DNA of 64,000 bases from Octopus bimaculoides (GCF_001194135.2 NC_068987.1:45953290-46017289); one strand, 5' to 3'. Positions 39,050-49,778 are shown, counted from the stretch's first letter. Translations and numbers: made by a program. Notes: a model not told the origin generated them from the sequence alone.

Positions 39050-39420
39050 CAGAAGGTGAATATAAGAGAGGATATAAATAGTGGATCAGAGATGGGGAGG
39101 AAAGGATGGGTAATTTCATAAGGATAAGAGAGAAGAGAGATATATGGCTGGAGGTGAGGGTAAAATAGAATATAGTGAGAGATAGAAGCACGGAGAGAGA
39201 TAGAAGAGGCACAGGCAGATGAAGACTACAAGTCGCAACCTGGAAACAGTTCGGAAAGTAGGAAGATGATTTGCAGAGTGTAAGAACGGGATGGAAGAGA
39301 ACTGAGATGGAGCTTAGGAGTACATATGGGTGATTATAGTGAGTGGGTTGACAATGATGAGGGAGGGCATCAATGGCAGATATGAGAGGGTATTGGGAAT
39401 GATAGTAGACATGAGAGGTG
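39050..39420 (-). mobile_element. Highly decayed L2/CR1-group RT N-terminal relic
   Basis: LTLCKSSSYFPNCFQVA and HISLFSLILMKL..LIHYL resemble the F P..WK.A and PISLLS..SKL motifs. Confidence 0.3.
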
Positions 39421-40317
39421 TTAAAAATGAAGTATGACATTACATTGTTAACAACTAATCACATGTAGTTATTTATTTCCATTGAGTAATATTAAAATTT
39501 CATAGGAGTGAATCCACTCCTTCATTAAAGCCCACCCAAACTGGTTTATTTAATGTACAACGACAATCAATTCTTACAGACATTCAAGTAGTATTTTTGG
39601 ATTTTCTTTTTGTATCTTCGATTATTGTTCTTATTATTTTGTAAAGATATTTATAAAAAAAGAAAGAAAAGAAGTGGTGGAAAGCTGAGAAGTGAAATTT
39701 GTAAAAAACTGGTTTCTGAAGGACAAATTAGCTTAAGTTCAAGAAAAACAGAAAAGAAAAAAAGAAAAGAAAAACAATCTAGGGAAAAAAAGTAAAAAAA
39801 GACTTGATTGATGTAAAAAAAAATAAGCAGAAAAGAAGAAAATGACAGTGTCTTTTGTATAAAAAATGAAGCAAAAATATTTAAGGGGTAGTTTAAAGTG
39901 AAGAAAATATTCTTCTTCCTTTTTGCTTTATATTTATTTTTTTTGTTTTTCATCAAGTGTGACTTCAATATTTAGAATTAAATTTTTAAATGTTCAAAGA
40001 CAGATTAATGTATGAAGTGTGAAGTAACTTGTCTTCAAGACACGTAATCAGTATCTATGGGAAAACCTAACAACTCACAAGTCATAAGAGCCGTGATTTA
40101 CATTTTATTTACTTGTTCAATGCATTCTTTGAAATGTTGTTATTGCATAACTCTAGACAGTTAAGTAAATTCAAAGGTAGCTTTTTTCAAGCAATTTTCA
40201 ACTACTGCCCCTTTTTTTTCATGAACACTTTTTCAATGGCCCCTTGCTTACTATTCAACAGTCCCACCATTTTAAATATACATATCTGTAATATCTGACT
40301 AGAGATATTTAGTTCCA

Positions 40318-40610
40318 GGTGCTCTTCTGATGTGGGCGGCTACATACCACTGTATCGCCCAACAGGAAGAGAAAAGCTGATGCATCACCACTTAGACTTA
40401 ATTATCTACCCAACCTTTAGCACGTGGCTTTGACTAAACTCAGGCACAAATCCATTGTGCACATTTTCTTCCTTTACACTTCCCCACTTTTGATCTACCT
40501 CCAGGTTACCACTCGTCACCTTCATCATTTCTTCTTTCTGTGTCTTCTGTGTACAATGCATGTATTCTAGCTTTCATTGCTGTCTTTCCTTACTAGATTC
40601 ATGGCTATTT
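40318..40610 (+). mobile_element. L2/CR1-group LINE 3' end relic with 3' UTR
   Basis: CSSDVGGYIPL (cf. CSSELA); 3' motif TGTACAATGCATG...TCATTGCTG also seen at about 2880 and 30210. Confidence 0.45.
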
Positions 40611-41269
40611 TCACTCTCCTCTTTTAACATTTTTCTGATGAGCTGTAGTGCATCTGTGTACAGTAAACTCATTTCTATTATTCTTAAAGCAGTGAGCTAG
40701 CACAATTGTTACCACACCAGACAGAAGGCCTAGGAACATTTCTTCAAACTCAGTAGGTTGACCTTGCCTTTCTTCCTTTTGGGGTTGATAAAATAAGTAC
40801 CAGTTGAGCACTGAGGGCAATATTATCAACTTCCCCTCGCTTCAAAATTGATAGCCTTATATAATTGTTGTTATTATTATTGTTATTGTTGTGATGGCAG
40901 CTAACAGGCACTTTATATACCTAAATTTTTAAAAAAGTTAATGTTTAAATAGGAGGCAAAAACCTAAAATAATCTATATGAATGCAGTAAATCTCCTCCC
41001 ACTCTCCTTCAACTCCTCAGTCCCCCATAGAACATATAAAAGTTTTGACTGATCCCAAGATCAGTATCAACTATTTTGAGAAATATGGTCATAAGGTGAT
41101 GGTAAATCTCATAATTCTTAACCATTGAGAACTACTGTAGAGATTCAGGGCTATTATGTCTTTGATGTCTTACTCAAAGTAGCAACATTAATAAAGAAGT
41201 TATCCTTGAAACAGGCATCTTGCCCAAATGCTTGTCACAGTGATACACAAGGGCCAGATGGGATATTAA

Positions 41270-41735
41270 CCCCTTTTGACACAAAACTGCTGGTATCACA
41301 CCTGGCTCTGCAATACAAACTGTTTTGAAATGGTCTTCCATCAAAATTTCATGTTAATTTAAGTTCCAAACACCAGCATAATAATGATAGTTATTTCACT
41401 AAATTCTTCCTCATTTTCAAAATTAATTGAAAAAAAAACATTATTTTTCAAAAGAAATATGGTGAAAAAAGTGTTAGAAAGATCTGAATTAAAAACTATC
41501 ATAAAAATCTCATGCTAATTTATGTCTCAAACATGAGTTTGGAAAAGCTAGTTTTCTAAATTTTTTCCTTATTTTCAAAATTAATTGAAACCAAGGAAGT
41601 GTATTTCAGTAGAAATATTGTAACAAAAGTGTTAAAGTAATCTAAATTAAACATTTCTCTCGTGTTAATCGATGTTCCAAATGCCAGCTTAATAATGACA
41701 AAATTATTTTATTAGATTCATTATTATTATTAAAA
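41270..41735. mobile_element. TTAA-type MITE plus two tandem ~158-bp partial duplicates
   Basis: TTAA CCCCTTTTGAC start; repeated TTTTCAAAATTAATTGAAA and AAAAGTGTTA (41471 and 41629). Confidence 0.65.
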
Positions 41736-41739
41736 TTAA

Positions 41740-42296
41740 GGTGGCAAGCTGGCAGAAACAGTAGCATGCCTGGCGCAACACTTTGCGGTATTTCGCCTGT
41801 CTTTACGTTCCGAGTTCAAATTCCTACAAGGTCGATTTTGCCTTTCATCCTTTCGGGGGTCGATAAATTTAGTACCAGTTGTGTTCTGGCCCGATCTAAT
41901 CGACTGGCCCGATCTAATCGACTGGCCCGATCTAATCGACTGGCCCGATCTAATCGACTGGCCCGATCTAATNNNNNNNNNNNNNNNNNNNNNNNNNNNN
42001 NNNNNNNNNNNNNNNNNNNNNNNNNNNNNNNNNNNNNNNNNNNNNNNNNNNNNNNNNNNNNNNNNNNNNNNNNNNNNNNNNNNNNNNNNNNNNNNNNNNN
42101 NNNNNNNNNNNNNNNNNNNNNNNNNNNNNNNNNNNNNNNNNNNNNNNNNNNNNNNNNNNNNNNNNNNNNNNNNNNNNTGGCCCGATCTAATCGACTGGCC
42201 CGATCTAATCGACTGGCCCGATCTAATCGACTGGCCCGATCTAATCGACTGGCCTCCTCCCCCAAAATTCCAGGCCTTGTGCCTAGGGTAGAAAAG
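41740..42296 (+). mobile_element. Meta/MESC-like SINE carrying an internal 18-bp tandem array
   Basis: Normal head and core at 41740-41886; (TGGCCCGATCTAATCGAC)n at 41887-42254 spans a gap; normal 3' end CCTCCCCCAAAATTCCAGGCCTTGTGCCTAG. Confidence 0.9.
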
Positions 42297-42985
42297 ATTA
42301 TTACTAAAATCAACTGAAGCACAAAACGTGTATTATTTCAATAAAAATAGGGTAGCAAAATGGTTTATCCAGAAAATAGATTTAGTTTTGAGGTTCCAAG
42401 CTGAAATGCTTTAAACTGACGCTGCTGCTTGCAGCTTTAAGTTATTGGTACTTCTGGTTAACTCTTTTCAGTTACACAGGGTGTATCACTTTAGGGCTAA
42501 GTATCTTGGCTATATAAACAAGGTAGAGTTAAGGGAGTTATCAGTAGCTTCATCCAGCAATTTATATTGTCACATGATAAAACTAGTCAATCGATTATCT
42601 GGGTGTGATTCAGAGATTTCACACTCTGTATGTTCTGTGTTGAAGTATATTTGATATATCAGTGAGTTCCGCTATGTCAGATGCAGTGAAAAGCATTTGG
42701 TATAAACTTAACACTTTTTTTTTACATTTCATAAAATAAAGAATTACACACACATGCACGCACATACATATAATAATCCTTTACATTACAACATGGCCTG
42801 ATGAATGTATGTGTGTGTGTGTGTGTGTGTAAAAACACACACATACACATGGGTGTATGATGAGTGTGCAAGTTCATAAATATAACGGTCAAGTTGGGGG
42901 AAAGAAAAGAGAAAGAGAAACATAGGTGTGGCTGTTAAAGGAAGGAAGTAAGAAAGATGAGGCATTGAAGAAGGGTACACGCTGC

Positions 42986-43022
<37 letters not shown>

Positions 43023-44747
43023 TGTGGAGGAGATACATTAATGAGAATTAGACACACACCAGATGTAACCAACAGGACAGGGTAGGCATGACAGACCATG
43101 TGATGTCATCAGAAAACCCAGAACTTGTTATTTTCAATGACGTTATGTTATGTTTTTAGAGTATTATCGTTACAGCATTACTTTGCTGTTACCTTCATAT
43201 TAAATCAGATTCTGGGGAGGCGGGGAGAAAGTTCTATGGCGTTCAGAGCCAGCACTGTAAATTACATCAGACGTTTCGTATACAAATACGTCTATGCAAA
43301 CAATGTGATCAAAGATAGAAAAATAGATAATGGGTGTATATGTACTGTTTACATAAGTGTATTAGTACACAAAATGTCATAATGTACAGTGCTGGATTTG
43401 AACTCAGAATATAGATAACTGGAAGAAATAATTCAAGGCATTTTGACTGATGTTCTAACAATTCTGCCAATCCACCACACATGCTAGATATGATACATGG
43501 TGGTTGAGGGGCAATGGTGGGATTGTGGAGGGGTGATTGTGAGATTGTGGAGAGGGCGATTGTAGGTGAGGGGCAGCAGGGTGAATTCATAAATTAAAGT
43601 GACCCCTTCCTCCCCACTCCAATTCAAATCTATTTATTTTATTGAACCTGGAGATGTAAGGCAAAAGTCAACCTCAGCAAAACTTAAATATATTGTAAAG
43701 AGGAATGAGGCAAAACTAAACACTATAAAATCTCCAGTCTTGCAATTTGACACTTCCATCATTGATCAGGAAGCAGACAACTAAGTAATAAATGTCAATC
43801 GCATTTTAGTATCTTAGTATAGAGATATTTAAAATTAAAATAATAATAATAATAATTAAGCAAACAAACATAACTATATTACAATGAATTGAGAAGTTTT
43901 TATGAAGAAAATAAATACAACAATAATAACAAAAGTAGTAGTTTTTCTTCTGAATAAGTTATTTTTTGTTATTAGACGTCCAACTGGCAAAATAGCTGAG
44001 TCAAACAGAACATGTATTATGAAGTAGACAATGATTAGCAATGAACAAGACGTTCCCATGGAAAATTCTAGAGGTCTACAATGAGTGTGAAACTTTCACT
44101 AACACCTACACACATGCACACACACACACCTGCATGCACACACACATGCACATACACATGCACACACGCACGCACACACACACACACACACACAAACACT
44201 GACACAAATATATAAAGACAGACAGACACACACGCACATACACGCACAAATAAATACATATATGTACAAAAACACATACACTCGCCAACACATATAAATA
44301 TAAACACACATGCACACATACACAAGCATACATATATAAACACAAGCATCCACACACACTTCCACACAAAATAAAGAAATTGACACCAGGCAGTATAACG
44401 GTAAAAAGCAAAACTTTTGGCAGAAAAGCCTACATGATTTCAAAATGTATATAAGAAATAATGCAGATGCCAAATTCAAAACAATTCTCGACAATGAGAC
44501 TGTGAAGTTCTAGAAACATCAAATATGAATTTAGAAACAAAGCAGCAGTAAAAAAAAAATATAACAAGAATATGTGGAAAGTCTTAAATGAAATAGATAA
44601 GAGTGGAACACAGCCATGTATTTTATGGAACATGTATACATATCTCTCTCTCTCTTTCCCTCTCTCTCTCTCCCTCTCTCTCTCTTTATATATATGTACA
44701 TGTGTGTGTGTGTGTGTACGAGCAAGAAAGCTGACAAATTACTAATT

Positions 44748-44983
44748 CATTATTTACATTATTTACATTTGACAGATATCCGTCCTCTTGTTTGCTGTTA
44801 ACACGTTTTGGCTGGATTCGAACCTGGATTCTCATTCATAAGGTATTTTTCAGTGTTGTTGTTGTTGTTGTTGTTGTTGTTCTTCTTCTTCTTCTTCTTC
44901 TTCTTCTTCTTCTTCTTCTTCTTCTTCTCCTCCTCCTCCTCCTCCTCCTCCTCCTCCTCTTCCTCTTCCTTCTTCTTCTTCTT

Positions 44984-45050
<67 letters not shown>

Positions 45051-45175
45051 TCACAGCCTGGAATCGAATTTCCCCAAGGCACCTGATGAAGGCTGGAGGG
45101 TATATCAGCCAAAACACTGTGTTAACAACAAAGATGAGGTCAAATATCCGTCAAATGTAAATAATGTAAATAATG
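44748..45175. mobile_element. Foldback element with Penelope-like arms, hammerhead relic, reversed B-box remnant and compound microsatellite
   Basis: Arms 44748-44814 / 45106-45175 are inverted; spacer has (GTT)(CTT)(CCT)(CTT)(ATT) tracts and GCCTGGAATCGAA. Confidence 0.75.
45080..45122 (+). ncRNA. Degenerate minimal hammerhead ribozyme motif
   Basis: CAC-CTGATGA-A-GGCTG-GAGGGTATAT-CAGCC-AAAAC-ACT-GTG; 5-bp stem II intact, but GAAA is mutated to AAAA and stem III is disrupted. Confidence 0.65.
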
Positions 45176-45309
45176 TACATAATTCCTCATCAAATATAGA
45201 ACTAAATTACTAATTCCTTCAGGGAAATAGCTCTGCACAGTGTGTAGAAAAGGTGTAAATATAAATTCTGATTGAAATTCCATATGTTGTGCCCAGTGCA
45301 AACTATGGA

Positions 45310-46030
45310 GACATAAGAATGCAGTGGAATCCTAGGAAGGTTAACAGAAAAGGTATTCTTTGTGTATGGTGGATGTGCTTATGCAATAAACACTAAGAAT
45401 GTACAGAAAATAGATTTCTTGAAATGTCCAGGAAGTTTCTTAGAGTTAGTAGATAGTTTCTGTTATCTTGGTGACCAGATTAGCAATGGGAGAGGTTGCT
45501 CTGAAAGCACAGTTGCTAGAATAAGAACCAGCTGGGCAAAGTTCAGAGAGCTGTTACATTTGTTAGTAACAAAGGACTTCTCCTTCAGAGTGAAAAGCAG
45601 ATTGTATTATGCCTGTGTATGGACAGCTCCACAGCATGACATTGAAACATGGGCTGTAACTGCAGAGGACATGTGAAGGCTTGAAAGAAATGAAACCAGC
45701 ATGCTCTACTGGATGTGCAATGTCAGTGAGCATGAATGACAAAATGTAAATGTTTTGAGAGAAAAACTTGGTATAAGAAGCATCAGATGTAGTGTACAAG
45801 CAAGAAGACTGTGCTAGTATGGTCATATGATATGTATGAATGGGGACGGCAGCATAAAGAAGTGCCTATCTCTTATGTGGAGGAAAGCTCTGGAAGGAGA
45901 TCCAGGGAGGTATGGGATGATGTGGTGAGAAATGATCTTCAGATGTTGAGTCTTAAGAGCGGATACAACAAAAGGCCAAAATGATTAGTGGTTTACTGAG
46001 CTTGAGAAGACCCACCCAGCTAAGTAAAAT
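45310..46030 (+). mobile_element. RTE-clade LINE 3' third, decayed
   Basis: CSGILGRL...GCAYAIN, GSFLELVDSFCYLGDQ, ARIRTSWAKFRELL, ETWAVTAED, RRLC.YGH; several stops. Confidence 0.85.
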
Positions 46031-46463
46031 CAAATATAAAGGCATGTTGTTTATGTCAGTATTCATGAACCTCACCATGCACACAATCTGTTCCCTGACA
46101 AACCTTCCTCACAATCATTCTTCTCACCCATGCACACCACCTGCTCTATTCTCCTTCATAGTCATACTTACACAAAATATGTCCCTGTTGCATCTCTTTC
46201 CCACTACACAACCTCTTAATAACCCTCCCTCTACTTGTGTCAACTAATTACATTCCTGCCTTCCAACCACCTTATCTCCCACTTTCCTTCTGCAATCATA
46301 TGGACCCAACCACAAACTCACCCTCTCCAATTTCCATTCCACTCCACTTCATAAACTGCCCAGTAAACTGGGAGTATGGCCCCTGCGCCCTCACCATTAT
46401 ATCTTCCCCATCTTCTCTCTCCACTTTCCTTCTCTTCTCTCTCCACCTGAGGTAGTCATAAAG

Positions 46464-46506
<43 letters not shown>

Positions 46507-46530
<24 letters not shown>

Positions 46531-46660
46531 GGGAGAATTCACAAAAAAAAAACAAAAGATGAAGACAGGTGGTGTAGAAAACAAACAGATGTATTAGTAT
46601 AACGCTTGGGAAGTGAAAAAGTCTTTAACGTTTTGAGCCTATGCTCTTCCACAGAAAGTA
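46507..46660 (-). mobile_element. Penelope-like terminal repeat fragment with hammerhead-like relic (46623-46658)
   Basis: Minus strand CTTT-CTGTGGA-A-GAGC-ATAG-GCTC-AAAAC-GTT-AAAG: stems I and II pair, palindromic AACGTT, but the core is variant. Confidence 0.5.
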
Positions 46661-46809
46661 ATATATATAATGTATGGGGGTTTAGTTCACAAGTGATCTA
46701 AACCTAAACAATTAGGTATGCTAGGTAAGTGCTTTAATGGATTACTAGGGCTCCAATGTTATAGCCAAGATGGTAGTTATGGAGCCATTGCAGATTTCCG
46801 GTATGTGAA

Positions 46810-47130
46810 CATGTATGGCTCAGTGGTAAAAGCATTGGGCTCACAATCATGAGGCAGTGAGTTTGATTCCCAGACCAGGCTGTGTGTTGTGTCCTTGGGC
46901 AAGACACTTAATTTCCCATTGCTCCAGTTCATTTAGCTGTAGAAATGAGTTGCCATGTTACTAGTACCAAACTATATTGGCCTTTGCCTTTCCCTTGGAT
47001 AACATCAGTGGCATGGAGTGGGGAGGGTGGTATTCATGGGTGACTGCAGGTCTACTATAAACAACCTTGCCTGGACTTGTGCCTCAGATGGGAACATACT
47101 AGGTGCAATCCCATGGTCATTCATAACAGA
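46810..47130 (+). mobile_element. tRNA-derived SINE (third family)
   Basis: A-box TGGCTCAGTGG, B-box GAGTTTGATTCCC, GTGTCCTTGGGCAAGACACTT; matches 24128-24422. Confidence 0.8.
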
Positions 47131-47179
47131 AGTGTGTGTGTGTGCATGTATGTGTGCATGTGTGTGTGCATACGTGCAT

Positions 47180-47226
<47 letters not shown>

Positions 47227-47229
<3 letters not shown>

Positions 47230-47465
47230 GCACATCACCTAGTGGTATGGGTGTTGCATTTCTGGTCCTAAAATTCTGGTTTCATTCCTAGTGAAGCAAT
47301 GCATTACGTTCATGAGTGTTACTCCACTCAGCTGGCAAAAACCAATAATCCTGCAACAGATTGTAACATATATATTCACCAGTGGGGAATATATAAGATA
47401 CAGAATCTGGGGAAACCAGCCTTATGGTCGTATGGCATGGGAAGGACCTTTGATCCATTTTTGAT
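47227..47465 (+). mobile_element. Old diverged tRNA-derived SINE
   Basis: Degenerate head GAGGCACATCACCTAGTGG...GGTTTCATTCC followed by CCACTCAGCTGGCAAAAA body. Confidence 0.5.
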
Positions 47466-47469
47466 ATAT

Positions 47470-47820
47470 ACATCATCATCATCATTATTTAAGGTCCATT
47501 TTCCATGCTGGCATGGGTTGATAGGAACTGGCAAGCCAGAGGAGTGCACCAAGTTCCACTTATGTTTTAGTATGGTATTTATGGCTGGATGCCCTTCCTA
47601 ACACCAACCACTTAACTGGGTAGACTGAGTGGCTTTTATGTGGCACCATCACCGGTGAGGTCTGCTTTAGCATGGTTTTTACCACTGGATGCTCTTTTTA
47701 ACACCAACTACTTTACAGAATGGACTGGATCTTTTACATGGCATCAGCACCAGCAAGATCTGCTTTGGTATGATTTTTACAGCTGAATTCCCATCCTAAT
47801 GTCAACCATTTTACAGAGTG
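47470..47820 (-). mobile_element. RTE-tail-related short repeat with internally reiterated segment
   Basis: TTTTCCATGCTGGCATGGGTTG...; GCATGGTTTT/GGATGCCCTTCCTAACACCAACC block repeated about three times. Confidence 0.6.
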
Positions 47821-47844
47821 GACTGGGTATATGTGTGTGTATGT

Positions 47845-47901
<57 letters not shown>

Positions 47902-48944
47902 TATATGTGTGTGTGTGTATGTGTGTATATATATATATATATATANNNNNNNNNNNNNNNNNNNNNNNNNNNNNNNNNNNNNNNNNNNNNNNNNNNNNNN
48001 NNNNNNNNNNNNNNNNNNNNNNNNNNNNNNNNNNNNNNNNNNNNNNNNNNNNNNNNNNNNNNNNNNNNNNNNNNNNNNNNNNNNNNNNNNNNNNNNNNNN
48101 NNNNNNNNNNNNNNNNNNNNNNNNNNNNNNNNNNNNNNNNNNNNNNNNNNNNNNNNNNNNNNNNNNNNNNNNNNNNNNNNNNNNNNNNNNNNNNNNNNNN
48201 NNNNNNNNNNNNNNNNNNNNNNNNNNNNNNNNNNNNNNNNNNNNNNNNNNNNNNNNNNNNNNNNNNNNNNNNNNNNNNNNNNNNNNNNNNNNNNNNNNNN
48301 NNNNNNNNNNNNNNNNNNNNNNNNNNNNNNNNNNNNNNNNNNNNNNNNNNNNNNNNNNNNNNNNNNNNNNNNNNNNNNNNNNNNNNNNNNNNNNNNNNNN
48401 NNNNNNNNNNNNNNNNNNNNNNNNNNNNNNNNNNNNNNNNNNNNNNNNNNNNNNNNNNNNNNNNNNNNNNNNNNNNNNNNNNNNNNNNNNNNNNNNNNNN
48501 NNNNNNNNNNNNNNNNNNNNNNNNNNNNNNNNNNNNNNNNNNNNNNNNNNNNNNNNNNNNNNNNNNNNNNNNNNNNNNNNNNNNNNNNNNNNNNNNNNNN
48601 NNNNNNNNNNNNNNNNNNNNNNNNNNNNNNNNNNNNNNNNNNNNNNNNNNNNNNNNNNNNNNNNNNNNNNNNNNNNNNNNNNNNNNNNNNNNNNNNNNNN
48701 NNNNNNNNNNNNNNNNNNNNNNNNNNNNNNNNNNNNNNNNNNNNNNNNNNNNNNNNNNNNNNNNNNNNNNNNNNNNNNNNNNNNNNNNNNNNNNNNNNNN
48801 NNNNNNNNNNNNNNNNNNNNNNNNNNNNNNNNNNNNNNNNNNNNNNNNNNNNNNNNNNNNNNNNNNNNNNNNNNNNNNNNNNNNNNNNNNNNNATATATA
48901 TATAAATTTATATATATACATCCATATATAAACATATATACACT

Positions 48945-48998
<54 letters not shown>

Positions 48999-49120
48999 TA
49001 CATACACACACGTACACACACACATACACACACACATATTATGAGTAAACATAAATCCCAAAAAGAAGCATGCTCTAATTTATAGAACAGTATACTATAT
49101 AAAGTTAGATAAGGCTGGTT

Positions 49121-49187
49121 TATGGGATTACCCTGGGTTTCACGTCCATAAAGCACTTAGCTTTACAGTGTATCATCAGATGCCATA
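49121..49187 (-). ncRNA. Type I hammerhead ribozyme candidate with intact core
   Basis: Minus strand TATGGCAT-CTGATGA-[hairpin CTGTAAAGC/GCTTTATGG]-GAAACC-CAG-GGTA-ATCCCATA: stem I 7/8 bp, stem III 3 bp, GUA cleavage triplet. Confidence 0.7.
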
Positions 49188-49293
49188 TAACTTATATAAT
49201 GCCTCTCCCAAGGTTTAATTGTGTATATATATATATATACAAAATGGCTGATAGTTAGCAAGGTGAGACACACATAAGAAAGAAGGAAACAAA

Positions 49294-49344
49294 GGACCAC
49301 TGATGAGGTCACAGAAGTGTGACGAAAGAACTCTGGCCGAAATA
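49294..49344 (+). ncRNA. Second hammerhead-like motif
   Basis: ACCA-CTGATGA-G-GTCAC-AGAAGT-GTGAC-GAAAG-AA-CTC-TGG; alternative register CTGATGA-GGTCA...TGGCC-GAAA. Confidence 0.55.
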
Positions 49345-49462
49345 AGATTAAGATTAAGATTAATGTAATATAAAGCTGAAAAAAAAAAAAAAAAAAAAAN
49401 NNNNNNNNNNNNNNNNNNNNNNNNNNNNNNNNNNNNNNNNNNNNNNNNNNNNNNNNNNNNNN

Positions 49463-49508
<46 letters not shown>

Positions 49509-49629
49509 GAATTAAGTGAATCAGGCACTTAAATGGTGAATATTGTGTTTCATGTATTTATGTAATGAAAACGGTTTTTTCTAATGATGTAATGTCTCCA
49601 TTAATCAATTAACTGTTCATTGGACATAG

Positions 49630-49778
49630 CTGTAGTGAATCGACATTACCTGTACAGGTGCAGCTGGGTGCCACATGTCAGATGTTGAAATGATCAAAGA
49701 GCAACATGAAATGAAGTGCTTTGCTGAAGAACACAATGCAATGCCCGGTCTGGGAATTGAACCCACAATCTCACAATC
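49630..49778 (-). mobile_element. tRNA-derived SINE head-side fragment
   Basis: GAAGTGCTTTGCTGAAGAACACAATG...GGGAATTGAACCC (reverse B-box); related to 55960-56190. Confidence 0.6.

Noticed and set aside
41887-42254. Regular short repeats resembling a CRISPR array
   Set aside because: Units are contiguous with no unique spacers, lie inside a SINE, and there are no cas genes; eukaryotic context
43500-43580. G-rich degenerate GATTGTGGAGGGG repeats as a G-quadruplex
   Set aside because: G-runs are irregular with long loops; no evidence beyond composition
46050-46450. Pyrimidine-skewed tract (also 19850-20090 and, reversed, 1990-2200) as a retroelement relic
   Set aside because: Strand skew is suggestive but I could not read diagnostic motifs, so it is left unannotated
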